A program made the position numbers and the translations under genes. A DNA stretch of 64,000 bases, taken from Acidobacteriota bacterium. GTDB lineage: Bacteria; Acidobacteriota; Vicinamibacteria; Vicinamibacterales; UBA2999. Where the stretch lies: contig JACQZV010000025.1 of NCBI GenBank assembly GCA_016213695.1, positions 14,965 to 78,964 of the forward strand. Reading direction: 5' to 3'. This document shows, piece after piece, positions 43,790 to 52,897 of this stretch; position 1 is the first letter of the stretch, and each line of letters begins with the position of its first letter. A model generated the notes under the pieces. That model had not been told where the DNA came from. It was given only the letters and a program-made list of their open reading frames with translations, and ran no database searches.

Positions 43790-45547
43790 CTAGGTCAGCC
43801 CGTCAATCCGCTGAATCAATTCGTACTTCCGCACCAGCAGGTCCTGCAGCTCCGTGCCCGGCCCGGCGGCGTTCTGCTGCTGCAGCCGGTCGATCTCGCG
43901 CTGCAGCGCGGCACGCTCCCGCTCGTAGCGGAGCCGCTTGAGAATCAGCGCGCACTCGGCGGCGTCGTGCACGTGCGGCTCGGCTTCGCTGGCGATGCCA
44001 GTCACGAGCTGGGCCTCAGGTGCATTCAGACGCTCGAGCAGCACGGAGGGGGAGAAACCCCTATCATCGTTCAGTTTGAGCGCCAGATCCAGCACCGATC
44101 GCGACACGAGCCCCTCTAAATCGGTGGCATCCAGCGTCCCGAGGGCGTCCAGCGCGGCGCCGGGCCGGTGCACCAGCCACCAGATCAGCCCTTTTTCCGC
44201 CTTCGTGACCTGCCCGAGGCCCGGCAGCTCGCTCGCGGTCAGGGCCGCCTGCCGGTGGGTCGTCGCCTTGGGCACCTGCGCCCAGATCGAGTCCCCGGCG
44301 ACGCCGGCTTTTCCCGCCACCGATTCGACGAACAACTCCTGGCGCGTCCGGTCCGGGATGCGTTCGACAATCGGGAGCACCTCGACGACGAACCGCGCCC
44401 GCCCCTCGGCATTGCGGAGATTGTGGCGGGCGGCGGCGCGATCGAGGAGGTACTCGAGATACGGGCGCGACGTCCGGAGGCGTTCGGCGTATGCCTGGCG
44501 TCCGTGGGCGCGTACAAATGTATCGGGATCTTCGCCGGCCGGCAGTATGGCCACGTTGACCTCAAAGCCTTCGGCCACCAGCATTTCGCACGATTTCTCT
44601 GCCGCGCCCTGGCCGGCGGCATCCGGGTCGAAGCTGAGCACGACTTTTCCCGTGAACCGCCGCAGCTGCTGAGCCTGGGCCGGCGTCAGCGCCGTGCCGC
44701 ACGAGGCCACCACCGACTGCAGGCCGCACTGATAGACCTGCGCGTAGTCGAAGTAGCCCTCGACGAGAATCGCAAAACCGCTGTCGCGAATGGCGCCCTT
44801 GCTCAGGTTCAACCCGTACAGCGTGCGGCTCTTCGTGTAAATGGGTGTTTCCGGCGAGTTGAGATATTTCGGCTGCTGGTCGGCGTCGATGGCGCGGCCG
44901 CCGAAGGCGATCGCGGATCCCGTTTCGCGGCGGATGGGAATCATCAGCCGGTGCCTGAACCGATCGACGACCGTGCCGTCCTCGCGCTGGACGAGCAGTC
45001 CGGCGCGGACGAGCAGCGCCTGGGAGAAGCCCTGCCGCACGAGCGCTCCCTGCAGGCCGTCGCGCGGCGCGTAGCCGAGCCCGAGCGCCTCGCTCGTGGC
45101 GTCGGTGATGCCGCGCGAGGCGATCTGCGCCCGGACGCGCGCGCCCGGCGCGGAGGCCAGCTGCTCCCGGAACCAGGCGGCCGCCGATTCGTGCGCTTTC
45201 AGCAGGCTCTCGCGGTCCGCCGTGCTGGCGCGCTGCTCGTCGGTCTGTTCGAGCTCGGGCAGCGACATGCCGAACCGCTGCGCGAGCATCCGCACGGCAT
45301 CGGGAAAGCTCACGCTCTCGCGCAACTCGAAGAACTTGAACACGTCGCCGCCGACGCCGCAGCCGAAGCAGTGGAAGAACCCCTTGTCGCGGTTGACGTG
45401 GAAGGACGGCGTCTTCTCGCCGTGGAACGGACAGAGGCCCTTGTAGGTGGCGCCCGACTTCTTGAGCGACACGTAGTCCTGGATCACGACGACGATGTCG
45501 GCGTGGTGCTTCAGGTCGTCGATGAACTGTTGTGGAAAGAGACCCAA
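43790..45547 (-). CDS. dnaG: DNA primase DnaG
   Basis: 585 aa with the zinc finger [26 protein letters not shown] and the TOPRIM EGYFD. TTG start 3 nt after the mutS2 stop. Confidence 0.95.
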   Translation of the reverse strand: MGLFPQQFIDDLKHHADIVVVIQDYVSLKKSGATYKGLCPFHGEKTPSFHVNRDKGFFHCFGCGVGGDVFKFFELRESVSFPDAVRMLAQRFGMSLPELEQTDEQRASTADRESLLKAHESAAAWFREQLASAPGARVRAQIASRGITDATSEALGLGYAPRDGLQGALVRQGFSQALLVRAGLLVQREDGTVVDRFRHRLMIPIRRETGSAIAFGGRAIDADQQPKYLNSPETPIYTKSRTLYGLNLSKGAIRDSGFAILVEGYFDYAQVYQCGLQSVVASCGTALTPAQAQQLRRFTGKVVLSFDPDAAGQGAAEKSCEMLVAEGFEVNVAILPAGEDPDTFVRAHGRQAYAERLRTSRPYLEYLLDRAAARHNLRNAEGRARFVVEVLPIVERIPDRTRQELFVESVAGKAGVAGDSIWAQVPKATTHRQAALTASELPGLGQVTKAEKGLIWWLVHRPGAALDALGTLDATDLEGLVSRSVLDLALKLNDDRGFSPSVLLERLNAPEAQLVTGIASEAEPHVHDAAECALILKRLRYERERAALQREIDRLQQQNAAGPGTELQDLLVRKYELIQRIDGLT

Positions 45548-45550
45548 TGT

Positions 45551-48109
45551 TTAATCTTTCAACGTCACGACGGTCGCTCCGGTGCCCCCCTGATTATCCG
45601 GCGCCGCCTCGAACCGCGCCACCAGCGGGTGTGCCTGCAGATAGGTCGCCACCGCACGGCGCAGCTGGCCGGTGCCGTGTCCGTGGACGATGCGCAGCTC
45701 GCCGATGTCGGCCATGGTGGCCTGATCGAAGAACTTGTCGAGCCGGTCCAGCGCCTCGTCCACGGTGGCGCCGATCAGGTTGATCTCGCCGAGAGTGGCG
45801 CCCTCGCGCGGCTGCAGGTTCACGTTGACGCGAACGGCGGGTCCGCCTGCGGCGGAACCCGCCTTACGTACGGACGCCGGATCGCGGACGTTGGCCGGGT
45901 CCCGCGGCGAGGCGGCGTCGGGTCGAGCGGCGGACCCGGCATCGCCGATGACCGTCAGGTCGCGCAGCGCGGCGCGCAGGCGCTTGCCGCGGATGTCGAC
46001 GTCGGCGTGCCTGTCGTGCACCTCGACAACCGTCCCCTCGAGGCCGAAGGCGCCCACCCTGACGCGCGCCCCCGGTTCGACGACGCCGGGGACCGGCGGG
46101 GGCGCGGCCGCCGGCGCGCCGGCCGCGTCGAGCGCGTCGCCCTCCGTGAGCCGGTCCGCGATCCGATCCAGCGCCGCGCGGGCCTCGCTCCTGGCCGCGC
46201 CGAGATCGCCGGTACTCAGGCCGGCGGATCGCACGAGGCCGCCGGCGTTCAGGCGCACCGCGGCGCGCTCCGACAGCTCCGCGGCGCGCGCCTTCAGGCC
46301 GTCGATCACCGCTTCAATCTCGCGGCGCGCGTCGCGCAGCTGGTCGTCGACCTTCCCGTCGAGCCGCCGGCGCAGGCGGTCTTCCCGTTCGCCGACCGCC
46401 TGCTCTCGCTGCCGCGCCTTCCGCTCCGTCTCGGCAATCGCCAGCCGCTGCCGATCGATCGCGCGGCGCTCTTCCTCCAGCCGGCGCAGATCGTCATCGA
46501 GGCGGGCGAGATGCCCGGCGAGCTGTTTCTGCGGCTCGCTCAGGTGCTCGCGCGCGGCGGCAATGACGGACGGCGGCATGCCGAGGCGCGCGGCGATTTC
46601 AATGGCCAGGCTGCGCCCGGGCGATCCGTAGACCAGGCGGTAGGTCGGCGCGAACGTGTCCGGGTTGAATCCAAACGCCGCGCCCGCGACCTGCCCGGTC
46701 GCCGACGCGTACGACTTGAGCGCGTCGTGATGCGTGGTGGCGATGAGATGCGCGCCGCGCCGCCGGAAATGATCGATGACCGCGATACCGAGGGCGCCGC
46801 CTTCGGCCGGGTCGGTGCCGGCGCCGACCTCATCGAGCAGCACGAGCGCCGGAAGCTCGAGATCGCGATCCATCGACACCACGTTGGCGATGTGCGCCGA
46901 GAAGGTGCTCAGGCTGGCGGCAATCGACTGCTCGTCGCCGATGTCGGCAAAGAGCGACCGGAAGACCGGCAGGCGCGAGCCTTTCTCGACAGGGATATGG
47001 AGGCCCGCCTGGACCATCGCGGCGAGCAGGCCGGCCGTCTTGAGCGCGACCGTCTTGCCGCCGGTGTTCGGGCCGGCGATGACCAGAACGCGGGCCGGCG
47101 GCGCGAGCAGGATGTCCACCGGCACCGGTTCGGCCACGCGGTCGCCGCCGTCGTCGAGCCGCGCGACGACCTTCGGGATGAGCAGCGGATGCCGCGCGCC
47201 GTGCAGCTCGAACGAGTCGTCGTCCGCGATTCCAGGCTCGAGACCGTCCACGAGCAGCGAGAAGCGGGCGCGTGCCTGGATGACGTCGAGCGCGGTGGCG
47301 ACCTCGAAGGTCTGGGCCAGATCGGCCGTGCGGCCGCGGAACGCGTCGGTCAGCGCCAGCAGGATGCGGCGGACTTCTTCCGCCTCCTGCTCTTCGAGCG
47401 CGACGATGTCGTTGTTGATCTCCACCGTCTCGAGCGGCTCCAGGAAAAAACTCGCACCGCTGGCCGAGGTGCCATGGACGATGCCCGGAATGGCGGAGCG
47501 GTGTTCGGCGCGCACGACCAGGACGTAGCGGCCGTGACGATCCGTGACCACCTGCTCCTGCAGATACTTCGCCGTCTCGCGGCCGCGCAGGAACCCGTCG
47601 AGCGTGCTGCGGAGGCGCGCGCGCTGTTTGCGCAGCCGGTCGCGGAGAGTCGCCAGCGCCGGGCTCGCCTCGTCCACGACCTCACCGGACGGCGCGATCT
47701 TCCGTCGAACGTCCGCAATCTCGCCCGTGAATGACGCGGCGCCATCGGCAACGGCCCGCAGCCGCGGAAACGCGGGGCTGAGCTTCTCAATCGACACCCG
47801 CGAAAGATCGATCGACTCCAGGTAGTCGGAGGTCGCCACGAGCCGCAGCGCCTCGAGGGCGCGCCCGTCAACGCCGAGCGCGGCGATGATGGCGTCGAGA
47901 TCCGCCGGGGCGCGGAGCGGGAAGCCGGGATGGTCGGAGAGATACCGGACGGCTTCGCTCGTGGCGCCGAGCGCGGCGCGTACATCCGCGGCGTCGGTGG
48001 ACGGCTGGAGCGCCTCGAGCCGTTCGAGGCCGGTGGGCGTCACCGCCAGGCCGCTCAACACAGAGACGACGCGGTCGAATTCGAGGGCGCGAAGCGCCGC
48101 GAGGTGCAT
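45551..48109 (-). CDS. mutS2: endonuclease MutS2 (with a C-terminal Smr domain)
   Basis: 852 aa with the Walker A GPNTGGKT, LLDEVGAGTDP and a C-terminal Smr domain (LRIVHGHGTGQLR). Confidence 0.95.
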   Translation of the reverse strand: MHLAALRALEFDRVVSVLSGLAVTPTGLERLEALQPSTDAADVRAALGATSEAVRYLSDHPGFPLRAPADLDAIIAALGVDGRALEALRLVATSDYLESIDLSRVSIEKLSPAFPRLRAVADGAASFTGEIADVRRKIAPSGEVVDEASPALATLRDRLRKQRARLRSTLDGFLRGRETAKYLQEQVVTDRHGRYVLVVRAEHRSAIPGIVHGTSASGASFFLEPLETVEINNDIVALEEQEAEEVRRILLALTDAFRGRTADLAQTFEVATALDVIQARARFSLLVDGLEPGIADDDSFELHGARHPLLIPKVVARLDDGGDRVAEPVPVDILLAPPARVLVIAGPNTGGKTVALKTAGLLAAMVQAGLHIPVEKGSRLPVFRSLFADIGDEQSIAASLSTFSAHIANVVSMDRDLELPALVLLDEVGAGTDPAEGGALGIAVIDHFRRRGAHLIATTHHDALKSYASATGQVAGAAFGFNPDTFAPTYRLVYGSPGRSLAIEIAARLGMPPSVIAAAREHLSEPQKQLAGHLARLDDDLRRLEEERRAIDRQRLAIAETERKARQREQAVGEREDRLRRRLDGKVDDQLRDARREIEAVIDGLKARAAELSERAAVRLNAGGLVRSAGLSTGDLGAARSEARAALDRIADRLTEGDALDAAGAPAAAPPPVPGVVEPGARVRVGAFGLEGTVVEVHDRHADVDIRGKRLRAALRDLTVIGDAGSAARPDAASPRDPANVRDPASVRKAGSAAGGPAVRVNVNLQPREGATLGEINLIGATVDEALDRLDKFFDQATMADIGELRIVHGHGTGQLRRAVATYLQAHPLVARFEAAPDNQGGTGATVVTLKD

Positions 48110-48166
48110 GGACGCGTTCGAGGGGATTCTCGACGTTAATGATAGTTCCCGACGCGGGGCGAGTCG

Positions 48167-49087
48167 TCAGGAGGCCAGCTTGACGACGACCAGGCTGATG
48201 TCGTCGGCCGGCGTGGCGAACGCCACGAGATCCTGCTGAATCGCCTCGTAGATCTCCCGCGCGCTGCCGTCCTTGACCTCACGCAGCTTCCGCTCGAGCC
48301 GATCCGGGAAGTAACTCTCGTTCTCGCGCCGGTGCTCGGACAAGCCGTCGGTGTGCAGCAGCAGGATGTCACCCGCCCCCATCAGCCACCATTCGTTGAT
48401 GGCGTAGCGATCCTTGAAGCCCAGGACGCTCTGCGCCGTGGTCTTGCGGTCGATCGCGTCCAGCGAGGGCAGCATCCCGAGCGGCGGAAACGACACGCAG
48501 AGGTGCTCGCTGATCTCCATGAACCGGTCGTGCCGCCGTGAGAACACGGCCGGAAACGGGTGCCCGGCGGACAGGAACCGGAACCGGGCGTCCTCGGAGA
48601 TCTCGCCGTAAATCATCGAGACAAACTTGTGCGTCCCGGACGACTGATAGAAGCGCGTGTTGAGATTTTCGAACAGGCGCTTGGTGATCCGGCCGGACAT
48701 GTCGAGTTCGTAGAGGGCGCCAAGGAGCAGCGCCTGGTGCAGCATCGCGGCGAGCAGGGCGTCGGTCACGCGATGCCCCGCCACGTCGATGACCGCGATT
48801 CCCGCCGTCCTCTGACACCGCCTGAGGTTTTCCACGATCTCGGGGCGGCCGGCGTCGCTCGCCCGCGCCATCCGGGCCGCCAGGTCGAACCGCTGCTTGA
48901 AGTCCACGTAGATGAGGTGATCGCCGCCGACAGAGCCGTTCAGCGGCCGCGTGCCTCCCCACACGTCCATCCCCTCGAGCCGGGGCACTTCGCCCGGCAG
49001 CGGCAGGATGTATTTCGCGATTTCCTGGAAGTTATTCAGCTCGGCGCTGAGCTGCACCAGGAGATCGGCGTCTTCTGAATCGTTCAT
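48167..49087 (-). CDS. PP2C/SpoIIE-family serine phosphatase
   Basis: ATG at 49087 gives MNDSEDADLL.... Contains GGDHLIYVD, IDVAGHRVTDA and LLLHTDGLSEH. Confidence 0.8.
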   Translation of the reverse strand: MNDSEDADLLVQLSAELNNFQEIAKYILPLPGEVPRLEGMDVWGGTRPLNGSVGGDHLIYVDFKQRFDLAARMARASDAGRPEIVENLRRCQRTAGIAVIDVAGHRVTDALLAAMLHQALLLGALYELDMSGRITKRLFENLNTRFYQSSGTHKFVSMIYGEISEDARFRFLSAGHPFPAVFSRRHDRFMEISEHLCVSFPPLGMLPSLDAIDRKTTAQSVLGFKDRYAINEWWLMGAGDILLLHTDGLSEHRRENESYFPDRLERKLREVKDGSAREIYEAIQQDLVAFATPADDISLVVVKLAS

Positions 49088-49199
49088 GTGGTGGATACGG
49101 GACTCTCGTGAACGAGCGCCGAGGCGGCTGACACTCGGATTCCGAGAACACACATTATCTAATCTTACGCGGGCCGCGGAGGTCTTGCCCCGGGCGGAA

Positions 49200-50375
49200 T
49201 CACAGTCGCTCGAGGAAGTCACGCCACGGCAGCGCCCGGACCCCCGGCGCCAGAGCCTCGGTCGGAGGCTTCACGGTCGGCGCCTCGTGTACGAGGAACA
49301 TGTTCACCGCGGTGTCCTTCCGACGAGCCTTCCTGGCCGCATCACGAAGCCGTTGCATCGGCGCCGCCATCGCGGGCGTCACGGTGCGTACCGCTTTGCA
49401 TTCCACCAGCGTGAGGGCGCCGCCCGGTCCCGGCGTCACGAAGTCCACTTCAAGACCTTGTTCGTCGCGGAAGTGATAGATCTCCCGCCGTCGTCCGGCA
49501 TTGACCTGCGCCTTGACAATTTCTGACGCGATCAGGCCTTCAAAGAGGCTCCCGGTAAACGGCGACTTGGCCAACTCCGCCGCCGAATCGATGCCCAGCA
49601 GGTGACACGCAAGCCCGGAATCGGCGAGGTACACCTTCGGTGACTTGATGAGGCGCTTCCCGAGGTTCTCATAGAAGGGCGGGACGACGAGGATCTGCGC
49701 GGTCGTCTCCAGCACGCCGAGCCATTGCGTAATGGTGGGCACGCTGACCCCGAGCGGCGCGGCCAGATCGGTCTTGTTGAGCACCTGCCCGTGACGGCTG
49801 GCGACGAGCGCCAGAAAGCGGCGAAACGTCGCGAGGTCTCTGACCGCGGTCACGGCCCGAACATCCCGTTCGAGGTAGGTCTGCAGGTACGAGGCGAACC
49901 ACAACCGGGCATCAGCCGGGCGGGCCAGCACCTCCGGATATCCGCCGTGCAGCAGGGTCACCTTCGATGTCTCCCGCGCCGACATCGGGTAGAGCTGCAG
50001 CACCGCCGCGCGCCCCGCCATCGATTCCGAGACGCCGTGCATCAATGGCGCGTCCTGCGAGCCGGTGAGCAGCCACTGGCCGACGCGGCGCGGCTGGCGA
50101 TCGATGCGCGACCGCACGAACGCGAGCACCTCCGGGACGTGTTGCACCTCGTCGAGGATGACGGGGGTATCTACCGCGTCGAGGAATCCCTGCGGGTCGG
50201 CGCGAAGCCGCGCCACGATGTCGGGATCTTCCAGCAGGACATAGCCTGCGCGGGGAAAGAGCCTGCGCAGCATCCATGTCTTCCCGGCCCGGCGCGGCCC
50301 GGTCAGCACCACCGCGGGAAAGCCCTTCACGGCCCTCAGGACGTGTCGCTCCAGCGCCCGCTGGATGTGGATCAT
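49200..50375 (-). CDS. AAA+ ATPase with a DUF4143-type C-terminus
   Basis: 391 aa with the Walker A LTGPRRAGKT and Walker B ILDEVQ. The C-terminal part is typical of the ATP-binding DUF4143 family (from memory). G+C is somewhat lower than in the neighbours. Confidence 0.75.
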   Translation of the reverse strand: MIHIQRALERHVLRAVKGFPAVVLTGPRRAGKTWMLRRLFPRAGYVLLEDPDIVARLRADPQGFLDAVDTPVILDEVQHVPEVLAFVRSRIDRQPRRVGQWLLTGSQDAPLMHGVSESMAGRAAVLQLYPMSARETSKVTLLHGGYPEVLARPADARLWFASYLQTYLERDVRAVTAVRDLATFRRFLALVASRHGQVLNKTDLAAPLGVSVPTITQWLGVLETTAQILVVPPFYENLGKRLIKSPKVYLADSGLACHLLGIDSAAELAKSPFTGSLFEGLIASEIVKAQVNAGRRREIYHFRDEQGLEVDFVTPGPGGALTLVECKAVRTVTPAMAAPMQRLRDAARKARRKDTAVNMFLVHEAPTVKPPTEALAPGVRALPWRDFLERL

Positions 50376-50383
50376 GTGTGAGA

Positions 50384-50412
50384 ATTATAAGTTATAACTT
50401 CAGATTACTCAA
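50384..50412 (-). promoter_or_regulatory. sigma70-like promoter (TTGAGT-17 nt-TATAAT) with a 12-bp palindrome in the spacer; implies a leaderless mRNA
   Basis: Reading the minus strand, TTGAGT lies at 50412..50407 and TATAAT at 50389..50384, and only 8 nt (TCTCACAC) separate the -10 from ATG 50375. The palindrome AAGTTATAACTT lies at 50389..50400. Confidence 0.5.
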
Positions 50413-50461
50413 TCATCGACCACCCTCGCCACGGACGTGAGCTTCACTCTATAATCCGCCC

Positions 50462-51643
50462 ATGAGACATCTCCTCCCGGCCTCCTGCATCCTCGCGCTT
50501 GCGATCGGCCTCGCGGCCATCGCGCTCGAACGCCCGGCGGCGCAGACGAGCGGCGGCGGCGTGCCGACCTTCGACTGGGACCCGCTCTTCTACCAGGACC
50601 TGCCGAACCGCTGGACGACGGGCCAGGTGGGCGGGATCAGCGTCGACAGCCAGGACCACACCTGGATCACGCACCGCCCGGCGAGCGTCTCGCCCGGCGA
50701 GCGTTCGGCTTCGCTCACCCCGGCGGCCGCGCGCTGCTGCACGCCGGCGCCGCCGGTCATCGAGTACGACCAGAACGGCCGGTTCGTCAAGGCGTTCGGC
50801 GGCCCGGGCGAGGGCTACGAGTGGCCCGCGAGCGAGCACGGCGTGTACGCCGACGGCAAAGGCAGCATCTGGGTGGCGGGCAACGGGAAGGGCGACAACC
50901 ACATTCTGAAGTTCACGAACACCGGCAAGTTTCTGCTGCAGATCGGCAGGGCGAATCAGAGCAAGGGGAGCAACGACACGGCCAATGTGTACGGCGCGGC
51001 CTCGATGGTCGTCTTCCCGAAGACCAACGAGCTCTTCGTCGCCGACGGCTACACGAACCGCCGCCTCATCGTCTTCGACGCCGACACCGGCGCCTACAAA
51101 CGGCACTGGGGCGCGTACGGCAAGCGGCCTGACGACACGTATACGTTCCCCCCGCGTCCGCAGCTCATCGCCGGGCCGCCGCAGCCGCAGTTCAGCAACC
51201 CCGTGCACTCGGTCGTCGTGTCGAATGACGGACTCGTCTACGTGGGTGACCGGTCGAACAACCGCATCCAGGTGTTCCGCCTCGACGGCACGTTCGTGCG
51301 CGAGGTCTACGTCAACCGCGACACGCTCCAGAACGAAGGCACGGTCCACAACTTCGCGCTCTCGCGGGATCCGCAGCAGCGCTATCTGTTCGTCGCGGAC
51401 GGATCGAACAAGGCGCTGCTCATCCTCGACCGGGTGTCGCTGACCGTGCTGTCCACCTTTGGCGGCCAGGGGGGCCACAACGCCCGGCAGTTCTTCCACC
51501 TGCACAGCCTCTCGTCGCAGCCCGACTCGAAGGGCAACCTGTACATCGGCGAGGTCAACGAGGGGCAGCGGTACTACCGGCTGCGCTACACCGGGCTTGG
51601 CAAGCCACAGAACCCTGGATACTCGGCGGTGACGACACCGTAG
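50462..51643 (+). CDS. secreted NHL-repeat beta-propeller protein
   Basis: 393 aa with a signal peptide and repeated ...V.D..N.RI..F strands (VGDRSNNRIQVFRLDG and VADGYTNRRLIVFD). Confidence 0.7.
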   Translation: MRHLLPASCILALAIGLAAIALERPAAQTSGGGVPTFDWDPLFYQDLPNRWTTGQVGGISVDSQDHTWITHRPASVSPGERSASLTPAAARCCTPAPPVIEYDQNGRFVKAFGGPGEGYEWPASEHGVYADGKGSIWVAGNGKGDNHILKFTNTGKFLLQIGRANQSKGSNDTANVYGAASMVVFPKTNELFVADGYTNRRLIVFDADTGAYKRHWGAYGKRPDDTYTFPPRPQLIAGPPQPQFSNPVHSVVVSNDGLVYVGDRSNNRIQVFRLDGTFVREVYVNRDTLQNEGTVHNFALSRDPQQRYLFVADGSNKALLILDRVSLTVLSTFGGQGGHNARQFFHLHSLSSQPDSKGNLYIGEVNEGQRYYRLRYTGLGKPQNPGYSAVTTP

Positions 51644-51713
51644 GCGAATCGTTCCGGCGGGCGCTCCCGGCCTGCAACGTTGTCGGCGTCGGCGTCGTAA
51701 CCTCTACCAGGAC

Positions 51714-52889
51714 ATGCGGAGAACGCTGGCCGGCTTCCTGGTCGTCGGCGCCACATGCGCCGCGCTCCTCTACCTGTCGGCCGACGCCGGCGGGCAGGAG
51801 ATCGGCCCGGCGCTGCCGCGGACGGCCCGCGCCCCCGCCGACAACCCCACGACCCCGGCGAAGGTCGCGCTCGGGCGTCTGCTGTTCTGGGACCCGATCC
51901 TGTCGGGCCCGCGGGATGTGGCGTGCGCCACCTGCCATCACCCGCAATTCGGCTACGCGGAGAACCGCGACCTCTCGGTCGGTGTGACCGGCGTCGGGCT
52001 GGGCCATCGCCGCCGCTTCGCGTCGCGCGGCGACATCCCGTTCGTCAAGCGCAACAGCCAGACGGTGCTGAACGTCGCCTTCAACGGGACCGACGAGGCC
52101 GGCGGGTACGACCCGGCGGCCGCCCCGATGTTCTGGGACGTGCGCGCCCGCAGCCTCGAGGCGCAGGCGCTCGAGCCGCTCAAGGCGCTCGAGGAGATGC
52201 GCGGACACACCTACGCGGAGGAGCAGGCGGTGGACGCGGTCGTGGCGCGGCTCGACGCGAACGCCGAGTACCGGCGCCTCTTCGCGGCGGCGTTCGGCGG
52301 CGGGGGGACGGCGACCGCGGCCAACCTCGGGCGCGCGCTCGCGGCCTTCCAGCGATCGCTTGTCGCCGCCGACGCGCCGTTCGACCGCTACATGCGCGGC
52401 GACCGCGGCGCGATGACCGACGCGCAGGTGCGGGGGATGGGCCGCTTCGAGCGGATCGGCTGCATCCGGTGCCACAAGGGGCCGATGTTCTCCGATTACC
52501 AGACGCACGTGCTCGGCGTGCCCGACAATCCGGCGCTCCCCGTCTCGGATGCGGGGGCCGGGGATCGCGGCACCGGCGACCGCTACGCGTTCCGCACGGC
52601 GTCGCTCCGCAACCTGGCGTTCACCGCCCCCTACATGCACAACGGGCTCTTCGCGACGCTCGAGGACGTGCTCGAGTTCTACGACGACGTCGACTCGCGG
52701 CGGGGGCGCGCCCGCACCCCGAACGTCAGCCGCGAGGCTCTCGATCCGCTGCTGCGCCAGCTCCGCGGCGTCGACGAAGACGACGTGGAGCTGCTCGCGT
52801 TTCTCGAGGCGCTCAGCGATCCCGCCTTCGACCGCACGATCCCCGCCCGGGTGCCGAGCGGGCTGGCGGTCGGAGGGCGCATTCAATAG
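51714..52889 (+). CDS. di-haem cytochrome c peroxidase (CCP/MauG family)
   Basis: Two CxxCH motifs (CATCHH and CIRCHK) and a conserved FRTASLRNLAFTAPYMHNG. Confidence 0.9.
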   Translation: MRRTLAGFLVVGATCAALLYLSADAGGQEIGPALPRTARAPADNPTTPAKVALGRLLFWDPILSGPRDVACATCHHPQFGYAENRDLSVGVTGVGLGHRRRFASRGDIPFVKRNSQTVLNVAFNGTDEAGGYDPAAAPMFWDVRARSLEAQALEPLKALEEMRGHTYAEEQAVDAVVARLDANAEYRRLFAAAFGGGGTATAANLGRALAAFQRSLVAADAPFDRYMRGDRGAMTDAQVRGMGRFERIGCIRCHKGPMFSDYQTHVLGVPDNPALPVSDAGAGDRGTGDRYAFRTASLRNLAFTAPYMHNGLFATLEDVLEFYDDVDSRRGRARTPNVSREALDPLLRQLRGVDEDDVELLAFLEALSDPAFDRTIPARVPSGLAVGGRIQ

Positions 52890-52897
52890 ACCTCAGG

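Noticed and set aside
44168-47734. Very long alternative-frame or antisense ORFs. Examples are the 1188-aa ORF on + at 44168..47734, and also 4214..5968 (+), 5844..7631 (+), 17991..20213 (-), 20531..22780 (-), 23168..25120 (-), 35226..37391 (-) and 53432..55537 (+).
   Set aside because: Each one lies opposite or out of frame to a gene with unmistakable family motifs (dnaG/mutS2, MFS, murJ, ftsI, murE/murF, mraY/murD, radical SAM, TonB receptor). Their translations are R/A/G/P/D-rich low-complexity strings without motifs. This is the expected stop-codon depletion artefact of ~70% GC DNA.
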